A stretch of DNA of 53,634 bases from Candidatus Shapirobacteria bacterium (GCA_018052565.1 JAGPNC010000004.1:1-53634); one strand, 5' to 3'. Shown: positions 7,659 to 17,862, counted from the first letter of the stretch. Notes: generated by a model not told the origin, from the letters alone. Made by a program: numbers and translations.

Positions 7659-9290
7659 ATGGCTGACAAAAAGAATTTTTCCCCCCTTTTGGCTCGCCTG
7701 ATTCAAGATTATTGGCAGGCACTTGAGAAAAGCCGGCAGAAAAACCAAGAGGCAGCAGTTAGTGTTGACGAAATTGCCTCAAAGCTGGCGGTTTTTTACG
7801 AAAAAGTCCGCAAGGTGGTGGACTGGAAAGAAGAGAACTTGATTCGTCGCTCGGCCATTGAACGCTATCTTCGCCGCCACTTAGTCGGCGAAATTTCCCA
7901 GTTCTCCCTTAAAAAAAATATCAACAGCCAGAAAGTGGCGGAAACTATCGTTGCCGATCTGGTGCGGGGAGGCTACCTTAAGAATGGTCAAGTGCCGCAA
8001 AGTAAAATAGGGGAGGTAAAAAATATTTTGGATCGCTATCTTTTTCTTCTCAACCTCGTTTCCCGCCAAACGGCGGAAAAAGAAGTTAAAGAAAGAGTCA
8101 ATCAGTCAGTCTGGCTTTTTTCCCAAGCAGCCTGTGAAATTGAAAAGACCCTTGACCCCAGCTTCCGGGAAGATCTTTTAATCAATTTTATGTTTGACTC
8201 TCTAAGGGAACGTCTTCGCCTTGACCCGCAATTAAAAATCGAACCCCAAGAGGCAGAGGTGCAACTTTATATCGCCGTCTGCCAAAACCTTTTTAACCTT
8301 GATGAGGCAGAAATTACCTCGCGGCTTCTTCCCCTTTATTATCCTCACTGGAAAAATCCTGGCGAAAGCCTCAATATTCGCCTGATAAAAGAAGAAGTCG
8401 CCCAAAAGTTTAATCATCCACTCGCCAGCCAATGGCAAAAAATTTGCCGTCAAGAAAAGGCGATTTTTTTAATCTTAAGCGATATTTTCAGGGAAAAAGA
8501 GAAAGAGTCGAAAAGCTTCGAGGAATTTTGGGAGCAATTTGCGGTGGCAGAAAATTTTCAAGCCGTTGTAGAAGAAGCGTATCAAAAGCGATTTTCTACC
8601 CTCAAGTCACGGCTTCTCAGAACCGCCATTTATTCTACTCTTTCGATCCTTATTGCCAGTCTCTTTTCTCTTTTGATTTTAGAATTTCCGTTGGCAAAGT
8701 TAATTTATGGCCAATTCTTGCCTTTGGCCATGGCGGTTGATATCCTTATCCCCACTCTCTTGATGTTTCTTTTGGTGGCCCTGATTAGACCGCCAAAAAA
8801 AGAAAATTATCAGCAACTAGAACAAAAAATTTCCCAATTAGCCTATGGGGAAGGAGGAGAAAGCTATCTTTTAAAACCAAATAAGCCGCAAAGTCTTTTA
8901 AGCAGAGTTCTGCTTGCCTCTCTTTATCTTCTGGCCGCGATAACAGGAATAGGCTTAATCGGGGGGATTTTTTACTTAGCCAAAGTACCGCCTACCTCAA
9001 TCATTTTGGACACGATTAACGTCGCCATGATTATCTTTGCCGCTCTTTCCATCCGCCAAAGCGCCAAGGAAATAGACGTTGATGAAAAAGAGTCTTTTTT
9101 TGAGTTCTTTCTTGACACTCTTTTTGTTCCCGTAGGCCGTTTGGGTCAGTGGTTTTCGCAAAAATGGCGGGAATATAACGTGGCCAGCGTTTTTTTAAGT
9201 GTTTTAGTTGACCTTCCTTTTTCTTCGCTAGTTTCCTTCGTTGAGGACTGGCGCGCCTTCCTGCGGGAAAAACAAGCGGGAATTCGCTAA
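7659..9290 (+). CDS. Hypothetical membrane protein (soluble N-terminal ~320 aa, 4-5 C-terminal TM helices)
   Basis: 543-aa uninterrupted ORF with coding-like composition. I recognise no motif. Confidence 0.6.
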   Translation: MADKKNFSPLLARLIQDYWQALEKSRQKNQEAAVSVDEIASKLAVFYEKVRKVVDWKEENLIRRSAIERYLRRHLVGEISQFSLKKNINSQKVAETIVADLVRGGYLKNGQVPQSKIGEVKNILDRYLFLLNLVSRQTAEKEVKERVNQSVWLFSQAACEIEKTLDPSFREDLLINFMFDSLRERLRLDPQLKIEPQEAEVQLYIAVCQNLFNLDEAEITSRLLPLYYPHWKNPGESLNIRLIKEEVAQKFNHPLASQWQKICRQEKAIFLILSDIFREKEKESKSFEEFWEQFAVAENFQAVVEEAYQKRFSTLKSRLLRTAIYSTLSILIASLFSLLILEFPLAKLIYGQFLPLAMAVDILIPTLLMFLLVALIRPPKKENYQQLEQKISQLAYGEGGESYLLKPNKPQSLLSRVLLASLYLLAAITGIGLIGGIFYLAKVPPTSIILDTINVAMIIFAALSIRQSAKEIDVDEKESFFEFFLDTLFVPVGRLGQWFSQKWREYNVASVFLSVLVDLPFSSLVSFVEDWRAFLREKQAGIR

Positions 9291-9589
9291 AACGGGTTAG
9301 TTACTCGTCTCCCAAAAAAGCAAGGATCCTCTTTTAATCGGTAAGGGCAAAAAAAATTAAAATCGTTGAATTGTTCCGCTATGGCAGGATTTCTCGTAGG
9401 AAGAAATTGAATAATGGAGCAATTTAGCCACTTATTTTTTCGGTAAAGTAAAAATCGTAAGATCTTAAGAGAAGGAAAATACCGGTTATTTTTACCCAAA
9501 GCTTTTCTCTTCGCAGTTACCACTATCAGAAAGAGAGCAATTGCCCTTCTTAGTACCCATTGATATTTTCATAATGGGAGAGATGGTCT

Positions 9590-11386
9590 TTACCAGCTCC
9601 CCCCGCCTCCGCCTCCAAAACCTCCGCCCGATGATCCTCCGCCCGATGATCCTCCGCCGGAGAAACCAGAACCCCCTGACCAAGAAGATTTTCCTGAAGG
9701 CGAGGAGGCCAAAGTGGTCACTGAACTCTTATAAAAACTACCCAGATCGTGATGAAAACTCGCAGCGGTTACCCCTCCAAAATAGTCAGGTGGTTTAATA
9801 TTTAAATCCGCCATATCTTTGGTTAACTTATCGACCACTCCCAAAGAGATCGCCAAAGGCAAAATTTCCTCCAAAAATAAATGTTTTTCGGCAATTTCTT
9901 CCCGCCACTTGCCCTTACCGATATACCAGTGAAGCCCTTCAGCCTGCCGGTAGAGAGAATATCCCCATGCCGTCCGCCGGGGCATTGATTTAGCCAACCA
10001 TAGGGTTGGCCAGAGAAATAAAATAGACAAAACCATGGGAAAGAAATTAGCATAAGAATCGGCAAAACTTAAGAGAAGAAGAAAGCTCCCTAAAAATGCC
10101 AATATAGAAATAGTCAACCATTTATTTTTTGTTTTCTCCGGATTACTAAAAAAAATCTTTTCCCTAACTAGGCCGTCGTAAAGTTTTCTTTTAAACCCGG
10201 GAAGACAAAGATAAAAGTCATTTTTTAAACTAGATAAACTGACCTCTCTGCCGGTAGCGAACAAGCTGGTTAAAAGATACTGTTGATAATCTTTTAATTT
10301 TTCTTCGTCTTTGCCCTCTTTAATAAAAAAGTAATTATTTTTCTTGCCGATTAAGCCCCTTTCTTCTATTTTTTTAATCTGTAAATAGCCTAAACGAGCC
10401 AGCTCGACTATTTCGGCAACAACGTCTTGGATATCTACCTTTTCGTCAATAATTGTCCCTACTTGGGCAGGAGTTAAATTATCAATAGGAGAATAAACCA
10501 TGGGTAAATACTTGTGGTGGAAGGGAGAAACTGCCTCTGTTCTTTCACTATCAGGCCGATAATAAATATGGTTATCGCTTAAATATTTTCGATCGCGCCC
10601 CTTTTTGTACCAAATAATAAACATGATCAAGAACGGGAAAATAGCAACTAAATACCCCCAATTATTTGTTAAGAAGGTAATTATTTTTTCAATTAAGCCC
10701 GGAAAGTTAAGCTGGTTATCCTTGCTTAGGGCAACCACAATGGTAAAATCATCGCCGGGGCGAAGAGAGATTTTTGAACTAAAAAGTGCCTCTTGGGCAT
10801 TAAAGTGGCTGTTGCACTGTTGCTCTTGACCACCGGCCTGGCCGGCAAAACAAGAAACTTTAGTTATTTCTGCCCAAGGCGACTTAACAACGGCCGATGA
10901 TTCTTTAATGGTGGCGTCCCATTCGTGGCCGGTTACGTTCCAATAGAACTCTTCGTGATCATCATACGATAACAAGACTTTATCAATGGTATAGCCGATT
11001 ATATAAGTATGAGAGCCGGTGATTGTTTTTTGAGGGTCACCAATTTGGATCTTAATGCTTTGGGAATAAGGGCTAACCGTATATTGATAGCTTTCTCCTT
11101 GCTCGTTTGTCACCGAGAGAACTTCTATTTTGGCTTTTATTGTTTTACCGCCGCTAGTATAAATGACGGGGATAATACGGAAAATGCCGTGCTTAGGAAA
11201 AGAAAAATTAACCGTAATTGTTTCTTTTATTGTTAAAGAAGTATCCTGATTGATAGTAATTTCGCTGGCAAAATTATCAATAATGTATTCGCTTGACGCT
11301 GCCGCCTTAATTAGCGGTATGTCCCAAAAAAGAGAAAAGAAAAGAGCCAAGGTAACAAGTAAAAACCGCTTTCTCATATTTTTCAT
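9590..11386 (-). CDS. DUF2207-like membrane protein with Gly/Ser-rich C-terminal tail
   Basis: Signal-like MKNMRKRFLLVTLALFFS at 11386 was chosen over the track start 11488, which would overlap the upstream gene. It has a large extracytoplasmic N-domain, TM helices, and the terminal tail GGSGFSGGGSSGGGSSGGGFGGGGGGSW typical of this family. Confidence 0.7.
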   Translation of the reverse strand: MKNMRKRFLLVTLALFFSLFWDIPLIKAAASSEYIIDNFASEITINQDTSLTIKETITVNFSFPKHGIFRIIPVIYTSGGKTIKAKIEVLSVTNEQGESYQYTVSPYSQSIKIQIGDPQKTITGSHTYIIGYTIDKVLLSYDDHEEFYWNVTGHEWDATIKESSAVVKSPWAEITKVSCFAGQAGGQEQQCNSHFNAQEALFSSKISLRPGDDFTIVVALSKDNQLNFPGLIEKIITFLTNNWGYLVAIFPFLIMFIIWYKKGRDRKYLSDNHIYYRPDSERTEAVSPFHHKYLPMVYSPIDNLTPAQVGTIIDEKVDIQDVVAEIVELARLGYLQIKKIEERGLIGKKNNYFFIKEGKDEEKLKDYQQYLLTSLFATGREVSLSSLKNDFYLCLPGFKRKLYDGLVREKIFFSNPEKTKNKWLTISILAFLGSFLLLLSFADSYANFFPMVLSILFLWPTLWLAKSMPRRTAWGYSLYRQAEGLHWYIGKGKWREEIAEKHLFLEEILPLAISLGVVDKLTKDMADLNIKPPDYFGGVTAASFHHDLGSFYKSSVTTLASSPSGKSSWSGGSGFSGGGSSGGGSSGGGFGGGGGGSW

Positions 11387-11441
11387 AATATCAAATCCCA
11401 ATATGGATAGATGATAATCTTTATCAGAATAGTTTGATAGC

Positions 11442-14400
11442 TTAGGGCATGGCACCCCATTCGGTTTGGAAAAGCAAATCTTGGTCAAGCGCCTGAAGAT
11501 AGGTTATAGTTCCTTTGCCCAAAAGCGGTTCTTTCTCAACTACCTTTCCCCGGCTGTTTTCTAAAATTATGGTCCCCAAAACCCAATCGGGAGGGTAAGA
11601 AATTAAAGTGGCCTCCTCGCTAAATTTGCTCCCCGGTTGTTTTTGCCACAAAAAGGCCAAGCCCTTTTTCTCTTGCTGCCAAGAAGCAGGCAAACGATAA
11701 GTAATTTCTACCGTATAGCTTCCTCTGATGGGCACTTCTATTAACAGGGAAACCACCTTTTTCCCCTCTTCTTCTGCCTGACGAAAATCATCCCTCTTTT
11801 GTCGCCCTTCTCCTTCTTTTTGCCCAAAAACGCTTTCTACTTGAGCGCTAACGGGCAAATAAAGACGCAGGTAATTTTTATATTTTCCTCCCGGCCAAGC
11901 GTCAGTTTGGGCATTATTTTGGTAGATAATCTTCACCGTATGAACAAGACTATCTTCTGAACAATCAAGACGCTGAGCCATTTGTTTTTTGACAAAAAAA
12001 TCGGCCTTATTGGCGCCCACATTGGTATCCACTATCAAAAGATAATCCTCTAGGCAGCTTTCCTTAAGACATTTTGCCTGTTTTAACGCCCCATCAAAAC
12101 CTAAATTAGTCGTTGCCTCTTCCAATTCTTGGTTATTAAAGTAAAGTAAAAAATCTCGCCCGGTTAACGATGCCAGGAAGGCCCTTCCTAAGCTTAAAAA
12201 AGAAACATCTCCTCCTTTTATCTTTTCAAAAAGAGCAAAAGAAAGGGCTCCTAAAAAATCTTTTTTTTGGGTTGAGCCCGGGAAAAAGTTCACTTCGCTG
12301 TGGTACTCCGCCCGCTCAAAAAGGTTTTCGGCGGTAATTTCCTCGTTATAATCCGGCAAATAAATACCGCCAGTGGCCTCAAGCATCTTCTTGACCACCT
12401 CGAGGTTAATCGCCCAAACCCCATCCACTTTTTGCCCCATTTCTAATTCGTAAAACCAGGCCGCTTGGGCAGCAGTTTTGGGGAAAGACGGTGACCAATT
12501 AGCATCACGCAGATACCAGCCATCTTCGCCTAAATACTGCTTAAGATCCGCCGGCGGCTCCACATGCCCCCGTAGTTGGCCGTCTGCCTCATAAACATCA
12601 TAGACTTTAAAATCGACCAGATTCCCCTGAAAAAAATTAAGGAGAGCATAGGAACCAATAAAACCACCCGTAGCTCGCAACTCCATATTGTTTTGCAAAA
12701 GAACCAAGATTGTTTGCTTTTCTTCGGATAAAAACTTTTCTCCTAGGGGGAGAACCTCCATCGCCACCTCCAAAAATGAAAGCGCCCCCCTGCCATCAGA
12801 GATAAAGCGCTGATAATCTTCCGGTAATTTTAGGCTCTCTGCCGTCGCCAAAGCCGAGGCCAAATCAAAATAAGCCTGCTCCAGCAAGCGGTTAAGAACA
12901 GAAAAAGAGGGTGGGCCACCTTCTGGACGACTATTTTCTAAGATTACTTTCAGCTGGTTTTCTGCTTGGTCAATAATTTTTTCCAATGTCTGGAAAGAAG
13001 AGGCCAAATCGACCCCCAGTTTTAGATATTTCTCCAATGATACCTCGCCTTCCGGACCTAAAATTAGCCTTAAAAACGGCGCTGTTTTTTGGGCGAATTG
13101 CTGGCAAAACAAAAGATGGCTCTTGGCAGCCATGGCTCTTTGATTCGCTTCGGCAAAATCACCAACGTTCACTTTTTGGTAAACCTGTTCCAAAAAGCCC
13201 ATCCCCACCCTTATCCGACTAAAAAAAATTAAAAACGGCAGAATTAACAAAAACAAAAAACTAATCAAAAAAACAGCCAGCTTTTCTTTCCCCCCGCCTG
13301 TTTTTTTCGCAAGAGCAGTGTCTCTTCCCTTATCCTTCTCTAAAATCTCTATTTCTTCCAAAGAAGAGGAAGTTATTGATTCTTGCTCTTCATAAGCGCT
13401 TAAATCCGTCAGGTCAAAAAATGGGGGCGGGGCGCTGCTTTGGGACAAAGCTTGACTCTTTCTTGGGGACTCTTCTTCCTCCCGAAAGACCTTTTCTGGC
13501 AAGTATGCTTCGGGAGGCATTTTTTTCTCGACGTCTCGGCTTTTAACCTCAGGGGAGGAACTAACTTTCTTTTCTTCTCCGTTCTTTTCCGCCAAAAAAT
13601 CCAAAGGGGAAACTTTAACCGGGGAAATTCCCTCATCAATCATTTTTTTTACTTCTTCTTTTTGACTCAATGCTACCTTAATATCCGGACGGTCAAGCCA
13701 AGAGATTGTTTTCTCCACTCCCTCCTCGTGAGGGATCAGCGGCCGCCAGCTTAAATCTTCGGCTGTCTTGGCCGCCCGGCCTAAATAACTAAGCTCTTCA
13801 ATTTCCAAGTCGGCAGAAAAGGTGATTTTTAAATCCGGCCAAAAATCCTGCCAAATTTTAGCAAAAGAAAAGGCGGTAATTTCCTGACCGGCAAAATAAA
13901 AAATCCCTCCCTCGGTTTGGGGCATAAACATGGCGCTTTTTAATCCCGCCACTAGATCGGTAATAAAAAGAGGGTAGAGGGGAAAAGAGCCGTCTTCAGG
14001 AAGAGCCATTCTTTTTTCAAGATAAGCCCCGCGGATCAGCTCTTCCAAGAAGCCGTTCTGGGAAAAATCAAAGCGAGGCCCAAAAATTTGCCGCGAGAAA
14101 ACCAAACGAAGGTTCAAATTTTCCTGAGAGGCTTTTCTTAACAAGAGTGCTGGCTCCTCTTTGGGAGAAAAAATCAGCCACCGTTGCGCTTCTTGCTCAA
14201 AAAGCCAATCCCCATAAGATGAATCAATGATAAAGCCATAATCAACCCTAGAAAGAGGAGAAAAATTAGCTGGAGAAATAAAACGGAACATTTCCTGACC
14301 TACAAGATGGCTTACATTATTTTCCTTAAGAGCGCTTTTCTCGTCCACCACTACCACAAAACAACGCTGCGAGCAAAGGCTGTCGGCCAAATGAGAGCCG

Positions 14401-14468
14401 ATAAAACCCGCCCCACCAAAAACAACGGCCACTGGAGAATTAATTTCCTCAGGAAGAATTGCCATCAA
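11442..14468 (-). CDS. Fusion: NAD-dependent epimerase/dehydratase-like domain + TM + DUF4012-like extracytoplasmic domain
   Basis: 1008 aa. Rossmann motif VVFGGAGFIGSHLADSL at the N-terminus, then a low-complexity linker and a TM segment. The C-terminal region contains ELRATGGFIGSYALLNF...DVYEADGQL, as I recall it for DUF4012. Confidence 0.7.
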   Translation of the reverse strand: MMAILPEEINSPVAVVFGGAGFIGSHLADSLCSQRCFVVVVDEKSALKENNVSHLVGQEMFRFISPANFSPLSRVDYGFIIDSSYGDWLFEQEAQRWLIFSPKEEPALLLRKASQENLNLRLVFSRQIFGPRFDFSQNGFLEELIRGAYLEKRMALPEDGSFPLYPLFITDLVAGLKSAMFMPQTEGGIFYFAGQEITAFSFAKIWQDFWPDLKITFSADLEIEELSYLGRAAKTAEDLSWRPLIPHEEGVEKTISWLDRPDIKVALSQKEEVKKMIDEGISPVKVSPLDFLAEKNGEEKKVSSSPEVKSRDVEKKMPPEAYLPEKVFREEEESPRKSQALSQSSAPPPFFDLTDLSAYEEQESITSSSLEEIEILEKDKGRDTALAKKTGGGKEKLAVFLISFLFLLILPFLIFFSRIRVGMGFLEQVYQKVNVGDFAEANQRAMAAKSHLLFCQQFAQKTAPFLRLILGPEGEVSLEKYLKLGVDLASSFQTLEKIIDQAENQLKVILENSRPEGGPPSFSVLNRLLEQAYFDLASALATAESLKLPEDYQRFISDGRGALSFLEVAMEVLPLGEKFLSEEKQTILVLLQNNMELRATGGFIGSYALLNFFQGNLVDFKVYDVYEADGQLRGHVEPPADLKQYLGEDGWYLRDANWSPSFPKTAAQAAWFYELEMGQKVDGVWAINLEVVKKMLEATGGIYLPDYNEEITAENLFERAEYHSEVNFFPGSTQKKDFLGALSFALFEKIKGGDVSFLSLGRAFLASLTGRDFLLYFNNQELEEATTNLGFDGALKQAKCLKESCLEDYLLIVDTNVGANKADFFVKKQMAQRLDCSEDSLVHTVKIIYQNNAQTDAWPGGKYKNYLRLYLPVSAQVESVFGQKEGEGRQKRDDFRQAEEEGKKVVSLLIEVPIRGSYTVEITYRLPASWQQEKKGLAFLWQKQPGSKFSEEATLISYPPDWVLGTIILENSRGKVVEKEPLLGKGTITYLQALDQDLLFQTEWGAMP

Positions 14469-14508
14469 CTACCATTATAACCAACTCCTGACATCAAAAC
14501 CATCTTTT

Positions 14509-14925
14509 TTAAGCGTTTTTATCCAAAGTTTGGTTAACCAACAAATCAGCAGCCTTATTTTCAAAGCGCGGAATATAAGAATAAGAAACAGGAACGCCAA
14601 GAGATTTTTCCTTTTGTTTAATTGCTAAAACCAATGGCAATAAATTCCTCGCCTTGATTTTGAACTGACCGTTAAGTTGGGAAACAACCAGTTTAGAATC
14701 GAGGAAAAAGGCAATCTTCTCGGTCTCCCTTATTTTTTCCCGATGAGCCAAAAGCCAGTTAAGAGCCCTCAAGACCGCCTGATATTCGGCCACATTATTC
14801 GTCGCCTTACCTAAATAAAAGCCCTCTTTGGCCAAAATTTCCTCCCCGCCAGCAATAATAAAAGCAGCCGCGGCTGGCCCGGGGTTACCCCGCGCCCCGC
14901 CGTCAGTAAAAACCCTTAAGAACAT
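14509..14925 (-). CDS. Ribonuclease HI-type protein (RNase H fold)
   Basis: VFTDGGARGNPGPAAAAF, NNVAEYQAVLRAL, DSKLVVSQL; 138 aa. Confidence 0.8.
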   Translation of the reverse strand: MFLRVFTDGGARGNPGPAAAAFIIAGGEEILAKEGFYLGKATNNVAEYQAVLRALNWLLAHREKIRETEKIAFFLDSKLVVSQLNGQFKIKARNLLPLVLAIKQKEKSLGVPVSYSYIPRFENKAADLLVNQTLDKNA

Positions 14926-15215
14926 GTATTAAGTATTAGGTATTAAGTAAAAACGCAAAATGCAAAGATTAGGAATCAAAACCTAGATCAAAAACCAAAA
15001 ATATCTTTGGGCTCTGGTTTTGATCTTTGATCTTGGTTCTACACTTTGATCTTTGATGTTTGGTCTATTCTTTTACTTTTCCGTCAGCCCCGCCGTGGCG
15101 GGGTCAGGATCTTTCTCTATTAGTAAAACAGATCCTGAATCAAGTTCAGGATGACGTTGAATTAAATTTACAACAGCATTGGGAATTATGTCCCAACCAC
15201 TTAATACTTAATACT
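14926..15215. repeat. Composite palindromic MITE-like element, copy D
   Basis: Starts GTATTAAGTATTAGGTATTAAGTA directly after the rnhA-like ATG and ends ACTTAATACTTAATACT. The right inner module 15147-15200 is nearly identical to 652-702. The centre is a GATCAAAG-word hairpin plus the GC hairpin CCCCGCCGTGGCGGGG. Confidence 0.8.
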
Positions 15216-16469
15216 ATTTTTTACCCAATACCCTCCCCCCAAAAGAAGCATCAATAGCTCCGTCCCTAGCGTGATTATCGCCGCCCCTTGCGTCCCCAGG
15301 CGGGGGATCAAAAGCCAATTTCCCCCCAGATTAAAAGCCAAAGCCAAAAGTGAAAACCAGAGTAGCTTTCTTTGCTCTCCTCGCGCTACAAGAAGATAGC
15401 CAAACAAATGATTTAAAAAAACTGCCACCAACGCCGGGCAGAGAAGGCGTAAAATTGGCATCGATGGCAAAAAGGCTTCTCCGCCTAAAATTCTGACCAA
15501 AAAGGGCGCCAAGAGAAAAGTAATGGCACCTAATGCCAAACCTGCTAAAAAAAGCAGCCTGCCTCCTGTTTGCACCATTTCTTTTACTTTCTTTGGCGAG
15601 GCACCGGCCAAAACCGGAAAAAGGCTGTTCATAAAAAAAGCCGCCAAAAGTATTAAGTTGCCGTAAATTTTATAAGCCAAACCATAATAGGCCACATTGA
15701 CGCTTCCCAAAAAGGTTTTTATAAAAAAGTTGTCAATCCCCTCATCATAGGTGGCAAAAACTAATTGCCGGAGGCCTAAAGGGAAAGCTTCTTTAAAGAT
15801 ATTTTTAATTGGCTTCTTTTCCAACAAGGACCATCTAAACTCTCCTTTTTTAAAAATAAGTAAAATCGCCCCCAAACCACTAAGAGCGCCCGCGAGAACC
15901 CAAAAAATTATGAGAAGAACAAGATTGTCCTTTCCTAAGAAAAAAAGAATTAAACTTGCTAATAAAAAAAGAACCGAGGCAAAAACCTCAAAAAAAACCT
16001 TTTTCTCAAAACGCAAATCCGCCATAAAAAGAATATCGGCCGCCGTTCTTAAGTTGAGGAAAAAAAGCGAAAGCGAGGCAATTAAAGCCGCCAACCCCAA
16101 ACCAGCAAACTGGGGAAGAAAAAAAGCCGCCAAATTAAAAACCAAAAAAGAAAACAGAGAAAGTCCCATTTTCAAAACCAAGGCGCTGGTGAAAATTGCC
16201 TGCCGGTTAATCTTTTTCTGGGAAATCATTTTCACCGCCGTGGCGCTGGTGCCAAAATCGGCCAAGTTGAAAGAAAGCAAAACGGCGGTGGTTAAAAATA
16301 AATAATCACCATAGTCTTCTGCTCCCAAAAGTCGTGTTAGAAGAAAAACCGCCAGAAAAGAACAGGCCAGCATTACTCCTCGGCCCAAAATTTGCCAGAG
16401 GGTATTTTTGAAAACGAGGCGAAAGCCGGGAAAGACCATTTTTCTAACCATTTTATTAACGTAAGCCAT
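15201..16469 (-). CDS. Polysaccharide biosynthesis flippase (MOP/Wzx-like)
   Basis: 422 aa, about 12 TM segments, typical MOP flippase layout. The last five codons (NSIKY-stop) are encoded by the repeat terminus. Confidence 0.75.
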   Translation of the reverse strand: MAYVNKMVRKMVFPGFRLVFKNTLWQILGRGVMLACSFLAVFLLTRLLGAEDYGDYLFLTTAVLLSFNLADFGTSATAVKMISQKKINRQAIFTSALVLKMGLSLFSFLVFNLAAFFLPQFAGLGLAALIASLSLFFLNLRTAADILFMADLRFEKKVFFEVFASVLFLLASLILFFLGKDNLVLLIIFWVLAGALSGLGAILLIFKKGEFRWSLLEKKPIKNIFKEAFPLGLRQLVFATYDEGIDNFFIKTFLGSVNVAYYGLAYKIYGNLILLAAFFMNSLFPVLAGASPKKVKEMVQTGGRLLFLAGLALGAITFLLAPFLVRILGGEAFLPSMPILRLLCPALVAVFLNHLFGYLLVARGEQRKLLWFSLLALAFNLGGNWLLIPRLGTQGAAIITLGTELLMLLLGGGYWVKNSIKY

Positions 16470-16513
16470 AATTTATCATTTTCCCTAGACACCAAAACTG
16501 CAAACTGAAATCA

Positions 16514-16598
16514 CTAAAAGTTAAAAGTCAAAATTTAAAAGTCAAAAGTACAAGTTAAAATTCAAAAGGAAAATAGAAACTTTTAACTTTTGAATTAA
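16514..16598. repeat. AAAGT-word hairpin element, copy 3
   Basis: CTAAAAGTTAAAAGTCAAAATTTAAAAGTCAAAAGTACAAGTTAAAATTCAAAAGG...AACTTTTAACTTTTGAATT imperfect palindrome. Confidence 0.7.
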
Positions 16599-16635
16599 TG
16601 AAAATTATTTACGATTGGTGCTCTGATTATTGTTA

Positions 16636-17862
16636 TTATACCCTCCCTAGCCCTAAAACCACGGCGAACAAAAGAAAATTTTGCGGCAGGGTAAGCCAAT
16701 AATGGTCGAAAAAACCAAGAAAAAAAATCATCGCCAACGCTCCTCGCGCCAAAGGAAATGAAGATTTTTTAACTTTTTTAAGCCAAAAGAACAGCAGAGT
16801 AATAAAAATTAAAAGGCCGGTTAAGCCGGCTTGCGAGGCAACGAGCAGATAAATATTGTGGACTGGTTGGAGCAGATTAACATCCTTGCGCGTCGCGGAA
16901 ATTATTTCCGCTTGGGCAGGGATAAAATTGCCCAAACCCACCCCCAAGAGAGGCCGCTCTTTTATTAAAATCAAGGCATTTTTAGCCAAGAGCAAGCGGT
17001 CATTAATTGATTTTGGCTCTACAAGCCCTATTTCAAAAGAAAGAGACAAAACCGCTAGGCAAAATAACAACCCCAAGAAAAATCCCGCCTTAGATATTTT
17101 TCTCGAAGAAAAACGTTGCCACAAAAAAAATATCAGCGCCAATCCCGCCCCCAAATAAGCGGCAAAAGAAAAAGTCAAAAGAAGAGTCAAACCAAAAAAG
17201 AGAAAAGCCAATTTAAAAAAAATCTTGTTTTTAAAACTGGCCCTTGCTCCCCATAAAAGAAGAAGTAAAACCAGCAAAAAGCCAGCCAAAGAATTGGGAT
17301 GGGAAAAAGTGGCGTAAGGCCGCAAAAACACGTGAGAACCCAATTGCGCTAGAGCAATTCCGGGAGTGGCCAAATTAAAAGAACGCTCCCCCAGCCACCA
17401 AAAAACTCCCCCTAAAGAGCCTCCTTTGAAAACCTGCCCCCAAGCTAGAAAAGAGCTTAGCAGGCTTCCCAAAAGCAGAGCCTGCGGCCAAAGAGGAAAA
17501 TAAAATTTTCTCAAGACAAAAATTAAGAAAAAAAATTCACCTGCTCTTAAAAACCGAGAGAAAGAAACCAGTGGACGAAGAGAAAAAAGAATATTAAAAC
17601 CTAAAAAAGATAAAACCAGGCAAAAAATTAAAATTTTGGTTTTATTCTTTCCATCTTTTAAGAAAGCTTTTTTAAGAAGAGGCCAGGAAAAAAGAAGCAG
17701 GCAAAAAATAAGCAAATCGGTTAAATAAACAGCGGGGGAAAGAAAATCAACCCTTAATCCCCAAACATAAGCTTGTCGAGGCCAAAAATGATATCCTAAT
17801 TGGGTCGGCAAAAGAAGAAAAAGGCTCCAGAGAAAAAATTCTTCTCTCTTTTTTATCTCCAT
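16636..17862 (-). CDS. O-antigen ligase-like (Wzy_C) polytopic membrane protein
   Basis: 408 aa with multiple TM segments. The loop motif QPVHNIYLLVASQAGLTGLL resembles the Wzy_C signature. Confidence 0.7.
   Translation of the reverse strand: MEIKKREEFFLWSLFLLLPTQLGYHFWPRQAYVWGLRVDFLSPAVYLTDLLIFCLLLFSWPLLKKAFLKDGKNKTKILIFCLVLSFLGFNILFSLRPLVSFSRFLRAGEFFFLIFVLRKFYFPLWPQALLLGSLLSSFLAWGQVFKGGSLGGVFWWLGERSFNLATPGIALAQLGSHVFLRPYATFSHPNSLAGFLLVLLLLLWGARASFKNKIFFKLAFLFFGLTLLLTFSFAAYLGAGLALIFFLWQRFSSRKISKAGFFLGLLFCLAVLSLSFEIGLVEPKSINDRLLLAKNALILIKERPLLGVGLGNFIPAQAEIISATRKDVNLLQPVHNIYLLVASQAGLTGLLIFITLLFFWLKKVKKSSFPLARGALAMIFFLGFFDHYWLTLPQNFLLFAVVLGLGRV

Noticed and set aside
9492-9798. ORFs of 63 aa (minus) and 85 aa (plus) with RRIIGRRIIGRR / LRPMILRPMILRR repeats
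   Set aside because: They are alternative frames of the Gly/Ser-rich tail-coding repeat of the DUF2207-like gene (the direct repeat CCGCCCGATGATCCTCCG occurs twice).
15751-16305. 184-aa Lys-rich ORF on the plus strand
   Set aside because: It is antisense to the well-supported flippase gene. The K/R richness is the expected mirror of a Phe/Leu-rich membrane protein in AT-rich DNA.
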